A stretch of 64,000 nt of DNA from Candidatus Brocadiia bacterium. GTDB lineage: Bacteria; Planctomycetota; PUPC01; DSUN01. The position numbers and the translations under genes were made by a program. The notes beneath the pieces are model-generated. The model ran no database searches, had not been told where the DNA came from, and saw nothing but the letters and a program-made list of their open reading frames with translations. Shown here piece by piece: positions 54,474-63,909 of the stretch (the first letter of the stretch is position 1; each line of letters begins with the position of its first letter). The DNA is taken from NCBI GenBank assembly GCA_046538415.1, contig JBKHIY010000003.1, positions 4,143 through 68,142 of the forward strand, given 5' to 3'.

Positions 54474-54564
54474 CGGCCCCGGCGCGGTGTGGGGGCCTGG
54501 TCGCCGCGGTCTGCCCCCCAGAATTCGCCGCAACCGCGGCTTCAGGGCCTCTCGGCCGCTTGCG

Positions 54565-54593
54565 TTGACTCCGCGCGAGGGGTGGGTTAGGAT
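54565..54593 (+). promoter_or_regulatory. Sigma70-type promoter
   Basis: TTGACT, 17 nt spacer, TAGGAT, upstream of the Zn-ribbon gene. Confidence 0.6.
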
Positions 54594-54626
54594 GGTGCGG
54601 GGCCGCGGGGGCGAAGGAGAGGTGCC

Positions 54627-55022
54627 ATGGGGTCTCGCTACAAGTTCTCGTGCACGTGCGGACAGCATTTGGTGGCCCGGGAGAGCATGGCGGGCACGGC
54701 GGTCAAGTGTCCCGTTTGCCTCGGCGAGGTCCGCATCCCCCGCTCTGGCGAGACCATCGACGAGTCGCAGTACGAGAAGACGGAGCGCTACGCCCTGGTG
54801 TGCGCCTGCGGCCAGCGCATCCTGGTCAAGGCCGCGGCGGCGGGCAAGCAGGTTCATTGCCCCACCTGTGCGAAGCGGATGCAGATTCCGCCCCTCGCTG
54901 CCCTTCGCGGGAAAGAGACACGAGCCCTGGAGACGCCCCGAATGGCCCGCGACCAGATCCACACCGAGGACCTGCTCCTGCTCGTCGACGACGAGGAGGG
55001 GCCGGGCACCGAGATCAGCTAG
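54627..55022 (+). CDS. Small tandem Zn-ribbon protein
   Basis: Two CxCG-x15-CPxC units (CTCG..CPVC, CACG..CPTC) and an acidic tail. RBS AAGGAG. Confidence 0.75.
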   Translation: MGSRYKFSCTCGQHLVARESMAGTAVKCPVCLGEVRIPRSGETIDESQYEKTERYALVCACGQRILVKAAAAGKQVHCPTCAKRMQIPPLAALRGKETRALETPRMARDQIHTEDLLLLVDDEEGPGTEIS

Positions 55023-55052
55023 CCCCACGCTCCGTGCGGAAAGGACAGGGAC

Positions 55053-56180
55053 ATGGAGCAGCGGCCCGAGCCGGAGAGCATCTGGTCGGTGTTCTCCAAC
55101 CGCTGGGCGAAGCTGGTCGTCGCCCTGGTGTACCTCTTCCTCCTGGGCTGGGTGGTCTACTTCCTGCGCCGCATCCTCGTGCCCTTCGCTCTTGCCATGG
55201 TGGTGGCCTATATCCTCCACCCCCTCGTGTGCTGGCTGGAGGCCAGGCTGCGCTGGCCGCGGGTCGCCGTGGTGTTGGTGCTGATGAGCGTCTTCACCGT
55301 CCTGGTCCTGGCCTCCCTGGCGCTGGGCGTCTACTACACGGTTCAGCAAGTGGAGCAGATGGTGCCCGCGGCCAAGGAGGCCATCCGGGCCAGCCAGGAG
55401 CGCGGCGGGCTGTGGGGCAAGGTGGAGGCGGCGGTGGAGACCATCCCGGCCCAGATTCGCCTCGAGGCCGAAAAGGTTATCGAGGACCTGCCCAACACCA
55501 TCCGCCAGAACCTCCGCGGGATCTTCACCTCCGTGGCCCGTGGCGTGGGAGCCGTGGCCGGGGCCCTCCTGCGGGTGGTGCTGGGCATCTTCAGCTTCGT
55601 CCTCTTCTTCGTCGTCGCCGGCTACCTGCTCATCGACCTGCCCGCCATCGCCCGGGCCCTCAAGGACCTCCTCCCGCGCCGCCACAAGGGCACCATCCTG
55701 TGGGTGGCCCACCGCATCAACCGCGACATCCACGCCTTCTTCCGCGGCCAGGTGCTGGTGGCCCTGGCCCTGGCGGCGATGTACTCGGCGGGCCTGGTGG
55801 CCCTGGGGGTGGACTTCGCGCTGCTGATTGGGGTGGCCGCGGGCCTGGCCAACATCGTGCCCTACCTGGGCATCGCGGTGGGGCTGGTGCCGGCGCTGCT
55901 CTTCTCGGTGGTGCCCTACGTGGGGGTGTGGAAGCCGCTGGGGGTGTGGGCCGCGTTCGTGATCGCGCAGAACGTGGAGGGCTTCCTGCTCACCCCTAAG
56001 ATCGTGGGCCGCCAGGTGGGTCTCAACCCGGTGGCGGTCATCCTGGCTATCCTGGTGTTCGGCAAGATCTTCGGTTTCCTGGGCGTGATCTTCGCCGTTC
56101 CCCTCGCCGCCGTGATCAAGGTGCTGCTCAGCGAGTTGGCCGCCTACTACAAGCGATTGCAGAACCGCGCCGGCCCATGA
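55053..56180 (+). CDS. AI-2E family transporter
   Basis: PFALAMVVAYILHP, FFRGQ, NIVPYLG, QNVEGFLLTPKIVG..VGLNP, FGFLGVIFAVP. Confidence 0.92.
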   Translation: MEQRPEPESIWSVFSNRWAKLVVALVYLFLLGWVVYFLRRILVPFALAMVVAYILHPLVCWLEARLRWPRVAVVLVLMSVFTVLVLASLALGVYYTVQQVEQMVPAAKEAIRASQERGGLWGKVEAAVETIPAQIRLEAEKVIEDLPNTIRQNLRGIFTSVARGVGAVAGALLRVVLGIFSFVLFFVVAGYLLIDLPAIARALKDLLPRRHKGTILWVAHRINRDIHAFFRGQVLVALALAAMYSAGLVALGVDFALLIGVAAGLANIVPYLGIAVGLVPALLFSVVPYVGVWKPLGVWAAFVIAQNVEGFLLTPKIVGRQVGLNPVAVILAILVFGKIFGFLGVIFAVPLAAVIKVLLSELAAYYKRLQNRAGP

Positions 56181-56917
56181 TCTGCGACGCGCACGTCCAT
56201 CTGAAGCATGGCGACGCCGCGCGCACCGAGTACTCCCCCGATACCATCGTGCGGACCATGGATGCCGTGGGGATCGACCGCTCGGTGGTCTTCGCCATGG
56301 CCACCACCACGCGCCGGTCGATCCAGATGGCCGAGGCCGCGGTGGGCCGCTTCCCCGACCGCCTGATCCCCTACGTCTACGCGCTGCCGAGCTACGAACG
56401 GCGGGTGGTGGACGAGCTCGCCGAGGCGCTCTGCGAGCGCGGCTTTCGGGGCATCAAGCTCCACGCCGGCGAGTGCCGGCTGGCCGGCTACGTGGTGGAC
56501 CCCGTCTTCGAGCTGGCCCGGCGCTGCGGCGCCCCGTGTCTGGTGGATTTCGCGGGGGACAGCGCGGCGGCGGAGCGCCTCGCGGCCAGGTTTCCCCAGA
56601 CGACGATCCTTGTCGCCCATCTGGGGAAGTACCTGTGCACCGACGGGCGGCTCCTCGACCGCTTCATCTCGCTCGCGGCGCCGTACCCGAACATGTATCT
56701 GGACGTCAGCGGCGTGGCGGCGCCGGCGAAGATCGCCGAGGCCGTGGCGCGGGTCGGCTCGAAGCGGGTCGTCTGGGGCAGCGACGGCCCGCACGAGGCC
56801 CCCGACACGGTGGGCTTCGCGCGCCGCGAGCTGGCGAAGGTCGAGGCCCTGGGGCTGAGCGAGGACGAGAAGGCGGACCTGCTCGGAGCCGCCATCGCGG
56901 GCCTCTTGGGGCTATAG
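56177..56917 (+). CDS. Amidohydrolase family protein (amidohydro_2)
   Basis: DAHVH, RGIKLH, AHLG, YLDVS, WGSDGP. ATGA overlap with the upstream gene. Confidence 0.87.
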   Translation: MICDAHVHLKHGDAARTEYSPDTIVRTMDAVGIDRSVVFAMATTTRRSIQMAEAAVGRFPDRLIPYVYALPSYERRVVDELAEALCERGFRGIKLHAGECRLAGYVVDPVFELARRCGAPCLVDFAGDSAAAERLAARFPQTTILVAHLGKYLCTDGRLLDRFISLAAPYPNMYLDVSGVAAPAKIAEAVARVGSKRVVWGSDGPHEAPDTVGFARRELAKVEALGLSEDEKADLLGAAIAGLLGL

Positions 56918-56978
56918 GAGGCCCGTGGCGCAAGGTGGCGGGAGGCCGCGCCGCCCTGGCCACGAGGGGCACGGGCCT

Positions 56979-59789
56979 TCAGCGGCTCGAGGAGTAGAGG
57001 GTGCGGCAGGGGCCACCGTGGGTCCCCGGCGGCTCCTTGGGGGTGAGGGTGCTGGCGCTGATGCGGACCCGCGAGACCATGATGCCGCAGTCCCACGACC
57101 AGATGGCCACGCGGTTGCCCCTCAGGGGGTCGGGGTCGGTGTAGGTGAGCACGCGGGAGCCGTCGATCCAGAGGTTGAGGGTGTTCCCGCGCTTCTCGGC
57201 CTTGATGTAGAACCAGCGGCGGTGGATGCCGGAGCTGGCGGGGATGGTCATCCCCGAGCGGGCCACGGGCTTGCCGTTGCGGGTGATGGCGGTCGCCGAG
57301 TTGTCCCACCCGCCGAAGAGGAAGCCGTAGCCGGTGTCCAGGTGCTGGCCGTCGGCGCAGAGGACGACGTTGAAGTCGCGGGTGTACTTCTGGTAGTTGC
57401 CCCCGCCCAGGGAGCTGTCCATCTTGGGCCCCACGGCGAACTCCACGCTCACGTCGCCCTCGAAGCCGTACTTGTTCCACAAGGCGGCCAGGCGCGAGGA
57501 GTCGGGCACCCCGGAGAAGAAGGACCAGCGGGGGTCGCACTCCCAGCGGCTGGTGACCTCCCAGGTGCCCGCGGCGGGCCGCCAGTCGCGGGGCGCTCGG
57601 CCGAAGGTGTAGACCTTCACGTGGTCCGAGAAGGCCGTCACGTCGTCCTTGCGCACCGCCAGGTTGTGCGTGGCGAAGGCCACTCGGCAGCCCTCTAGCG
57701 GCTGGGGGTCGCGGTAGCCCAGCACCACCCGCCCGTCCACCGAGGCCACCACGTGGCGGCCGATGCGGCGGAAGCGGAGGGCGTGTACGGGGCCTTGCGC
57801 CCCCAGCGTGGCGCTCTCGACCACGCGGCCCTGGCGGCTGATGGTCGCCCGCCAGGGCCGCCGCTCCTGTCCCCGGCTGGGCCAGGCGAGGGCGAAATTG
57901 TAGCCGGAGCGCACGCTGTCGGTCGATTCGGCGCCCAGGACCAGGCGGCAGGCGTGGGGCGCGCCGTCGCCGGCCGCCGCCTCGGCCACCCGGGCGTCGA
58001 GCCGCGCTTCGAGCGTGACGTCGCCGAAGAAGTCCGCCCGGTGCCATTGCACGTCGAAGGCCTGGCCCTCCACCCGCTCCTGGGTCGCGTACCAGTCGCT
58101 GGTGGCGCCGGCCCAGGTCTTCATGGTCAGCTCGCGCTCGAAGACCTTGTGGGTGGGCACCCGCTCGGGCGCCTGGGGGAGGGCCACGCGGGTGCTGCGG
58201 AACGCCAGGCCGTCCACCCCCGCGGCGTAGAGCCCGATCTTGCCGCTGGGCAGGTCGGTAACTCGGGCGCTGACGACCACGCGGCCATCGACCCTGCCCT
58301 GGACCACGGTATGGGTCCACACCAGCTCCAGGCGATGGCGCTCTCCCGCCTGGCTACGCGGGGCCTCCCGGGCATCGAGGTCTACCCGCTCGCCGTCGAC
58401 CAGGGCGACCAGCCGGGCCGTGCCGCGGGCCGGCCGCCAGGCGAACAGCGCGTGGTTCATCTCGTCCTGGTAGCGGGCCACCAGGCCCAGCTCGCTGCCG
58501 TCCTCGAGCTGGGCGGGGAGCTGGACCTCGGCGGCGACCGAGCAGTCGGGCCACTCGTGGCCCGTGGCGATGGCCTTGGCCGGCTCGTCGGTCGTGGCTA
58601 CCAGGGCGTGGCCCGGGCCCTCGCTCTGGCGGGTCCAGGTGCCGCGCAGCGGCCGCCACCGACCGGCCACCTCCGTCGCGAAGTCCTCGTCCAGGGCCCG
58701 CAGGGTGTGCACCTCCACGTCGTCGAAGCGGGCGTGATGGGGCACGGGGACGGCGGAGTAGAGCCCCACCTTGCCGAAGGCCGCCTGCGGGTCGGTGACG
58801 GCGAAGACCTCTCGCCCGTCGATGGCCACCCGGATCCGAGGGCCTGCCACCTGGGCCTCCAGCTCGTACCACACCCCCGGCTGGTAGCCCCCGGGGGCCT
58901 CGGCCACGACGGCATGGCTCCCGCGACGGCGGCGCACGAGCTGCTTGCGGCCCCGCTGGCCGCCGGCGCCCTCGTCGGCGTTCCAGCGAAAGAGCCAGTA
59001 GTTATCCGCGTCCTGGTAGTAGAAGTAGATGCCCACGTCCTCGGTGCTATCCGAGGCGCTGGCCACGCGGAAGCGATAGCTGTCCCAGAAGGGCTCGCCG
59101 CGCAGAGCCGTGGCGCCGGGCGCCCCGGGGGCCGAGGCCCCCTCGAAGTGGAAGGGGTTGCTGGAGAGGCTGGGGTTGCGCTTGCCGGCCAGCCGCCAGG
59201 CCCCGTCCACCACCTCCCAGGCTCCGCTTTCCGAGGCGCTGCGCATGAAGCCGTCCTCGAGCAGAAACGGCTCGCAGGGCTGGAGGGAGCGGAACTTCAC
59301 GGTGGCCGAGCCGTCCCGCACGCCGGCACCGATCCGGCCCCCGTGGAAGGTGGCGTCCTCGGCGCGGGCGATGGCCAGGCCGTCCACGACCACCTCGATG
59401 AGCGCATCGCGGCGCTTCACCACCACGCGGCTGTCCTTGCCGCCTCCTAGGGCCTCGCCGGGCACGCTCGTCAGCTCGGTCTCGAAGCCGAACTGGACTT
59501 TCCCGACCCGCACCGCCTCCGGCCCCAACTCCACGAAGTAGTAGTTCTTGGGGTCCTGGACGTCGAGCAGTAGCCGGACGTTCGGCTTGGAGTCCTTGTG
59601 AGGCGCGACCATGAAGGCCATGTTGTAGCGGCGGGCCGACGGTCCCTCGTGGAGCTGGTAGCCGTAGGCTTCCCAGGCGGCCTGAGGCCGCTCGGGGGTC
59701 GAGGCCGCGGGGCGCAGGCGGGTGGCGGCATAGTAGGCGCCGGCGCCGACGGCGGCGGCGATGGCCACGATGATGAGCAGTTTCTTCAT
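56979..59789 (-). CDS. Membrane-anchored protein with repeated LamG/ConA-like (DUF1080-like) beta-sandwich domains
   Basis: N-terminal TM anchor. About five repeats of the pattern G.W...W.D...QD..NYY...V.VDG......D.....G.IG. Confidence 0.62.
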   Translation of the reverse strand: MKKLLIIVAIAAAVGAGAYYAATRLRPAASTPERPQAAWEAYGYQLHEGPSARRYNMAFMVAPHKDSKPNVRLLLDVQDPKNYYFVELGPEAVRVGKVQFGFETELTSVPGEALGGGKDSRVVVKRRDALIEVVVDGLAIARAEDATFHGGRIGAGVRDGSATVKFRSLQPCEPFLLEDGFMRSASESGAWEVVDGAWRLAGKRNPSLSSNPFHFEGASAPGAPGATALRGEPFWDSYRFRVASASDSTEDVGIYFYYQDADNYWLFRWNADEGAGGQRGRKQLVRRRRGSHAVVAEAPGGYQPGVWYELEAQVAGPRIRVAIDGREVFAVTDPQAAFGKVGLYSAVPVPHHARFDDVEVHTLRALDEDFATEVAGRWRPLRGTWTRQSEGPGHALVATTDEPAKAIATGHEWPDCSVAAEVQLPAQLEDGSELGLVARYQDEMNHALFAWRPARGTARLVALVDGERVDLDAREAPRSQAGERHRLELVWTHTVVQGRVDGRVVVSARVTDLPSGKIGLYAAGVDGLAFRSTRVALPQAPERVPTHKVFERELTMKTWAGATSDWYATQERVEGQAFDVQWHRADFFGDVTLEARLDARVAEAAAGDGAPHACRLVLGAESTDSVRSGYNFALAWPSRGQERRPWRATISRQGRVVESATLGAQGPVHALRFRRIGRHVVASVDGRVVLGYRDPQPLEGCRVAFATHNLAVRKDDVTAFSDHVKVYTFGRAPRDWRPAAGTWEVTSRWECDPRWSFFSGVPDSSRLAALWNKYGFEGDVSVEFAVGPKMDSSLGGGNYQKYTRDFNVVLCADGQHLDTGYGFLFGGWDNSATAITRNGKPVARSGMTIPASSGIHRRWFYIKAEKRGNTLNLWIDGSRVLTYTDPDPLRGNRVAIWSWDCGIMVSRVRISASTLTPKEPPGTHGGPCRTLYSSSR

Positions 59790-59882
59790 CGAGGTGGACC
59801 TTGTAGGGACGAGCTCGCGAGCCTCTGAGCGGGTCGGGCCAGCAAGGTGCCAGGCCAGGCCCCGCAGGGCGCTTCTCCGCCC

Positions 59883-59911
59883 ATGGTATCCCCGAGCGCG
59901 CGGGGAGTCAA
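59883..59911 (-). promoter_or_regulatory. Sigma70-type promoter (leftward of a divergent pair)
   Basis: Minus strand TTGACT, 17 nt spacer, TACCAT. Confidence 0.6.
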
Positions 59912-59971
59912 GCAGGCCTCCGGGGGCCAATGAGGCCCCTTCCCGGGCCGCGCGGAAAAATCATTTTTTGC

Positions 59972-60000
59972 TTGACAAGACAGGGGCCGAATGGTACCAT
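59972..60000 (+). promoter_or_regulatory. Strong sigma70-type promoter (rightward of a divergent pair)
   Basis: A/T tract AAAAATCATTTTTT, then TTGACA, 17 nt spacer ending TG-G, then TACCAT. Confidence 0.7.
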
Positions 60001-60117
60001 CTCCCAACCGTCGAGGGCACGGGTGTCGTTGCCCTTGGAGGAGTGCGTCGGCTAGCGTGGAGGCCGGCCACCGTAATGGTTGGGACATATTTGTCCCCGT
60101 TCTACAAAGGAGGAGCC

Positions 60118-60327
60118 ATGTTTCGGAAGTGGCTAGTCACAGCCATCGTGAGTGGGTTCCTCGCAGCAGGCCTCACCGGAGGCCTCGTTGGCTGCGGCAA
60201 GAAAGACACTGACAAGAAGAAGACCGTCGACAAGGACAAGGACAAGAGGGGCAAGGACAAAGACAAGGACAAGGACAAGGACAAGGACAAGGATAAGGAC
60301 AAGGACAAGGGCGCCGTGACCAAGTAG
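60118..60327 (+). CDS. Small lipoprotein with (Asp-Lys)n low-complexity body, 69 aa
   Basis: RBS AAGGAGGAG. Signal peptide ending in lipobox LVGC. Mature part almost entirely K and D. Confidence 0.75.
   Translation: MFRKWLVTAIVSGFLAAGLTGGLVGCGKKDTDKKKTVDKDKDKRGKDKDKDKDKDKDKDKDKDKGAVTK
60229..60309 (+). repeat. In-frame hexanucleotide tandem repeat (GACAAG)n
   Basis: 3 units, a 9 nt interruption (RGK), then 9 units, two of which carry synonymous changes (GACAAA, GATAAG). Confidence 0.92.
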
Positions 60328-60353
60328 CGCCGCCCTCCCTGTCCCATCCTTGA

Positions 60354-60478
60354 TCGGCTAGCGCTTGCCATCGGCTGTGGCGGCACGCCGCCTGGCCGAT
60401 GGCAAGAGACTCCTGCTGCGGCGCCGTCCTTGGGCGGCGCGTGGAGAAACGACCAGACCGTGGTCGGTGGCTAGCCGA
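60354..60478. other. Candidate structured RNA or palindromic element (four-way junction)
   Basis: Closing stem TCGGCTAGC/GCTAGCCGA encloses three hairpins, including the perfect 12 bp CTTGCCATCGGC/GCCGATGGCAAG. Confidence 0.4.
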
Positions 60479-60693
60479 GGCCGGGCCTCTTCCAACCGCC
60501 CGGCAGCGCGGTTCGACACTGGGCCACCGACCCGTTGTCGAAACGCGGGCAGGGGCCCGACGTCGCGAAGGTGGCGTCGGGCCTCTCCCTTATCTCCTTG
60601 CAGCTACAGAAGTTCCAAGGGAGATGCCCCGCGGCATCTCCTTCCTTTGGCCCCACCCGTAGCGGGGGGCGAACGACAGACGCGAAGGACGGG

Positions 60694-63600
60694 ATGGAGT
60701 CCCTGGTCTCCCGTCTGGAGGGCGACGCGCGGTTCCGTCGCCTGCTCCACCGCCTCTCCTCCGGCGGCCCCGCCGTCGCCGGGGGGCTGTGGGGATCCTC
60801 TGTCGCTTTTTTCCTGGCTACCCTCGCCCGTCACGCCCCTGGCCCCCTCGTTGCCGTCGTGCCGTCCGTCGACGATGCGGACCGGCTTTTCGAAGACCTC
60901 TGCCTGTTCGCCGACGCTCCACCCGCGCTCTTCCCCGCCTGGGAGACGGCGCCTGGCGAGGAGCCCTTCCCCAGTCACCTCCAGGCCCAGCGCCTGGCGG
61001 TCGTCCGCCGCCTCGACCCCGCCTCCGACCAGGCGACGCCGGGGCTGATCGTGGCGCCCGTCCATGCCCTCCTCCAGCCTGTGCCCAGCACCGGTGCCGT
61101 GGCCGGCGGCACGCTCGAGTTGCGGGTGGGCGAGCGGCATCGGCTCGAGGCCCTGGCCGAGTGGCTGGTGGACCGGGGGCTGGAGCGGGTGGCCATGGTG
61201 GAGGAGGTGGGGCAGTTCAGCGTGCGGGGCGGCATCCTGGACGTGCACGCGCTGGCGGCCACAAGTCCTTATCGCATCGAGTTTTTCGGCGACGAGGTGG
61301 AGTCCGTCCGCACCTTCGACATCGAGACGCAGCGCTCGGAGGCGAAGCTGGAGAGCTGCGACATTGTGGCCCTGCCCAGCCGCCAGGTCGCCCAGGCGAC
61401 CGAGGAGGGCTCCCGCTCGCTCGCCCACCTCTTGCCCGCCGAGAGCTGGGTGGCCCTCCACGAGCCGTTGACCATCCAGGAGCGCGCCGAGGCCGCCCCG
61501 GAGCAGCTCGGCGAAGGCCTAGTGGGCTACGATAGCCTCTACGCCGCGTGGTCCCGCCTGCCCTGCCTCCACACCTATGCCCTGGCCACGGCGGAGGGGA
61601 AGGAAGGGGCCTCGTTCGACGTCCACTCCACCCAGGGCTTCGGGGGCGGGCTGGCGGGCATCTGCGAAGAGCTCGACCGCCTGGCCCGGGCCAACGACCC
61701 GGTCGCGATCTTCTGCAACAACGTAGGAGAGCGGGAGCGGCTCGAGGAGTTGCTGGCCGACGCCGACTTCCCGCACCTCGAGCGCCTCCAGTACCGCGAG
61801 GGCTTCCTGTCCGCGGGCTTCGAGTTCGCCGAGCTGGGCTTCGCCTGCGTCGGCCATCACGAGATCTTCAACCGCTACTCCCAGCGTCGGCGCCCGCGGC
61901 GGCGGCCCACCGCGCCCATCGAGAGCTTCGTCGAGCTCCAGCGCGGCGACTACGTGGTGCACGTGACCCACGGCATCGCCCGCTACCTGGGCATGGAGCG
62001 GCTGAACCGTCGGGGCGAGCTGGAGGACTTCCTGGCCCTCCAGTTCGCCGAGGGCGTCAAGCTCTACGTCCCCGCCACGAAGATCGAGCTGGTCCAGAAA
62101 TACGTGGGCTCCTTCCGGGCCAAGCCCACCCTCTCCAAGCTGGGGGGCACCCGCTGGCAGGCCCGCAAGGAGGCCGTGCGAGAGGCGGTGCGCGACCTGG
62201 CCCAGGACCTCCTCCACGTCCAGGCCCTGCGGGAGCGGATGTCGGGCATCTCCTTTCCGGCCGACGACGAGCTGGTCGCCGAGTTCGAGCACGCCTTCCT
62301 CTACGAGGAGACCCCCGACCAGCTCGAGGCGGGAGCGCAGATCAAGAGCGACATGGAGAAGCCCCGCCCCATGGACCGCCTGCTGTGCGGCGACGTGGGC
62401 TACGGGAAGACCGAGCTGGCCATGCGAGGGGCCTTCAAGGCCGTGGTGGCGGGCAAGCAGGTGGCCGTGCTCGTGCCCACCACCGTGCTCGCCCAGCAGC
62501 ACTATCGCACCTTCACCGAGCGCTTCGCCGACTATCCCGTGCTGGTCGAGGTCCTCAGCCGCTTCAAGACCCGCGCCGAGCAGCGGGAGACGCTGCGCCG
62601 GGCCGCCGAGGGCGGGGTGGACATCCTCATCGGCACCCATCGCCTCCTGTCCGGCGACGTCCGCTTCCGCGACCTGGGGCTCCTGATCATCGACGAGGAG
62701 CAGCGCTTCGGCGTCGAGCACAAGGAGCGCCTCAAGCGCCTGCGGGCCACGGTGGACATCCTGACCATGACCGCCACCCCCATTCCCCGCACCCTCCACA
62801 TGGCCCTCCTGGGCATCCGCGACATCTCCGCACTCGAGACCCCGCCCCAGGACCGCCTGGCCATCCGCACCCGGGTGTGCCGGCCCGACGCACGCCTGGT
62901 CCGCAGCGCCATCCTTCGCGAGCTGGGCCGCGATGGCCAGGTCTTCTTCGTCCACAACCGCGTCTACAACATCGACGAGGTGGCCGCCAACCTCCGCGAG
63001 GTGGTGCCCGAGGCCCGCCTGGTCGTGGCCCACGGCCAGATGAACGAGCACGAACTGGAGCGCCGCATGAGCCAGTTCGTCGATGGCCAGGCCGACATCC
63101 TGGTCTCCACCACCATCATCGAGTCGGGCCTCGACATCCCCCGGGCCAACACCATGTTCGTCAACCGCGCCGACATGTTCGGCCTCGCCGACCTCCATCA
63201 GCTCCGGGGGCGCATCGGGCGCTACAAGCACCGCGCCTATGCCTACTTCCTCGTTCCCGACGACCGCCCCGTCACCCCCAAGGCCCTCCATCGCCTGAAG
63301 GCCATCGAGGAGTTCAACGAGCTGGGCGCCGGCTTCCGCATCGCACTCCGCGACCTCGAAATCCGCGGCGCCGGCAACATCCTGGGCTACGAGCAGCACG
63401 GGCACATCGCCGCCGTCGGCTACGACCTCTACTGCCGACTCCTCGAAGCCTCGGTCAAGGAACTCCGTAACGAGCCCGTCCACGAGCGTATCGACGTGGA
63501 CGTGGACATCGACCTCAACCCCTACCTGCCCGCCGACTACGTGCCCGACGACCGCCAGCGGATGGAGATCTACCGCAAGCTCGCCCGCGCCCAGACCCAC

Positions 63601-63909
63601 GAGCAGCTCGCCCTGGTGGGCGAGGAGATGCGCGACCGCTTCGGAGCCCCGCCCGAGCCCGCGGCCAGGCTGCTGGCCCGTCACGAGCTCCGCATCCACC
63701 TCGAGCCCTACAAGGTCACCACCATGGCCCGTCGCCGCGGCTACCTGCTGCTCCGCTACCTCGACGAGGCCCGGCTCCGCGAGCGTTTCGCCGCCGCGCC
63801 CCCCCGCCTGCGAGTCATCGACGACCGCACCGCCCACCTCCTGCTGCCGCACGGCCTGGAGGCCCCGACCGCCATCGTCGACCACCTGCGGGAGCTGTTT
63901 GGCGCGTGA
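60694..63909 (+). CDS. mfd: Transcription-repair coupling factor
   Basis: GQFSVRGGILD, GDYVVHVTHGI, CGDVGYGKTE, DEEQRFGV, TATPIPRTL, QLRGRIGR, RDLEIRGAGNILG, TRCF tail. Confidence 0.97.
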   Translation: MESLVSRLEGDARFRRLLHRLSSGGPAVAGGLWGSSVAFFLATLARHAPGPLVAVVPSVDDADRLFEDLCLFADAPPALFPAWETAPGEEPFPSHLQAQRLAVVRRLDPASDQATPGLIVAPVHALLQPVPSTGAVAGGTLELRVGERHRLEALAEWLVDRGLERVAMVEEVGQFSVRGGILDVHALAATSPYRIEFFGDEVESVRTFDIETQRSEAKLESCDIVALPSRQVAQATEEGSRSLAHLLPAESWVALHEPLTIQERAEAAPEQLGEGLVGYDSLYAAWSRLPCLHTYALATAEGKEGASFDVHSTQGFGGGLAGICEELDRLARANDPVAIFCNNVGERERLEELLADADFPHLERLQYREGFLSAGFEFAELGFACVGHHEIFNRYSQRRRPRRRPTAPIESFVELQRGDYVVHVTHGIARYLGMERLNRRGELEDFLALQFAEGVKLYVPATKIELVQKYVGSFRAKPTLSKLGGTRWQARKEAVREAVRDLAQDLLHVQALRERMSGISFPADDELVAEFEHAFLYEETPDQLEAGAQIKSDMEKPRPMDRLLCGDVGYGKTELAMRGAFKAVVAGKQVAVLVPTTVLAQQHYRTFTERFADYPVLVEVLSRFKTRAEQRETLRRAAEGGVDILIGTHRLLSGDVRFRDLGLLIIDEEQRFGVEHKERLKRLRATVDILTMTATPIPRTLHMALLGIRDISALETPPQDRLAIRTRVCRPDARLVRSAILRELGRDGQVFFVHNRVYNIDEVAANLREVVPEARLVVAHGQMNEHELERRMSQFVDGQADILVSTTIIESGLDIPRANTMFVNRADMFGLADLHQLRGRIGRYKHRAYAYFLVPDDRPVTPKALHRLKAIEEFNELGAGFRIALRDLEIRGAGNILGYEQHGHIAAVGYDLYCRLLEASVKELRNEPVHERIDVDVDIDLNPYLPADYVPDDRQRMEIYRKLARAQTHEQLALVGEEMRDRFGAPPEPAARLLARHELRIHLEPYKVTTMARRRGYLLLRYLDEARLRERFAAAPPRLRVIDDRTAHLLLPHGLEAPTAIVDHLRELFGA

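Noticed and set aside
60229-60309. CRISPR array or non-coding microsatellite
   Set aside because: It is a hexamer repeat without spacers, in frame within a lipoprotein CDS. No repeat-spacer arrays or cas genes were seen in the window.
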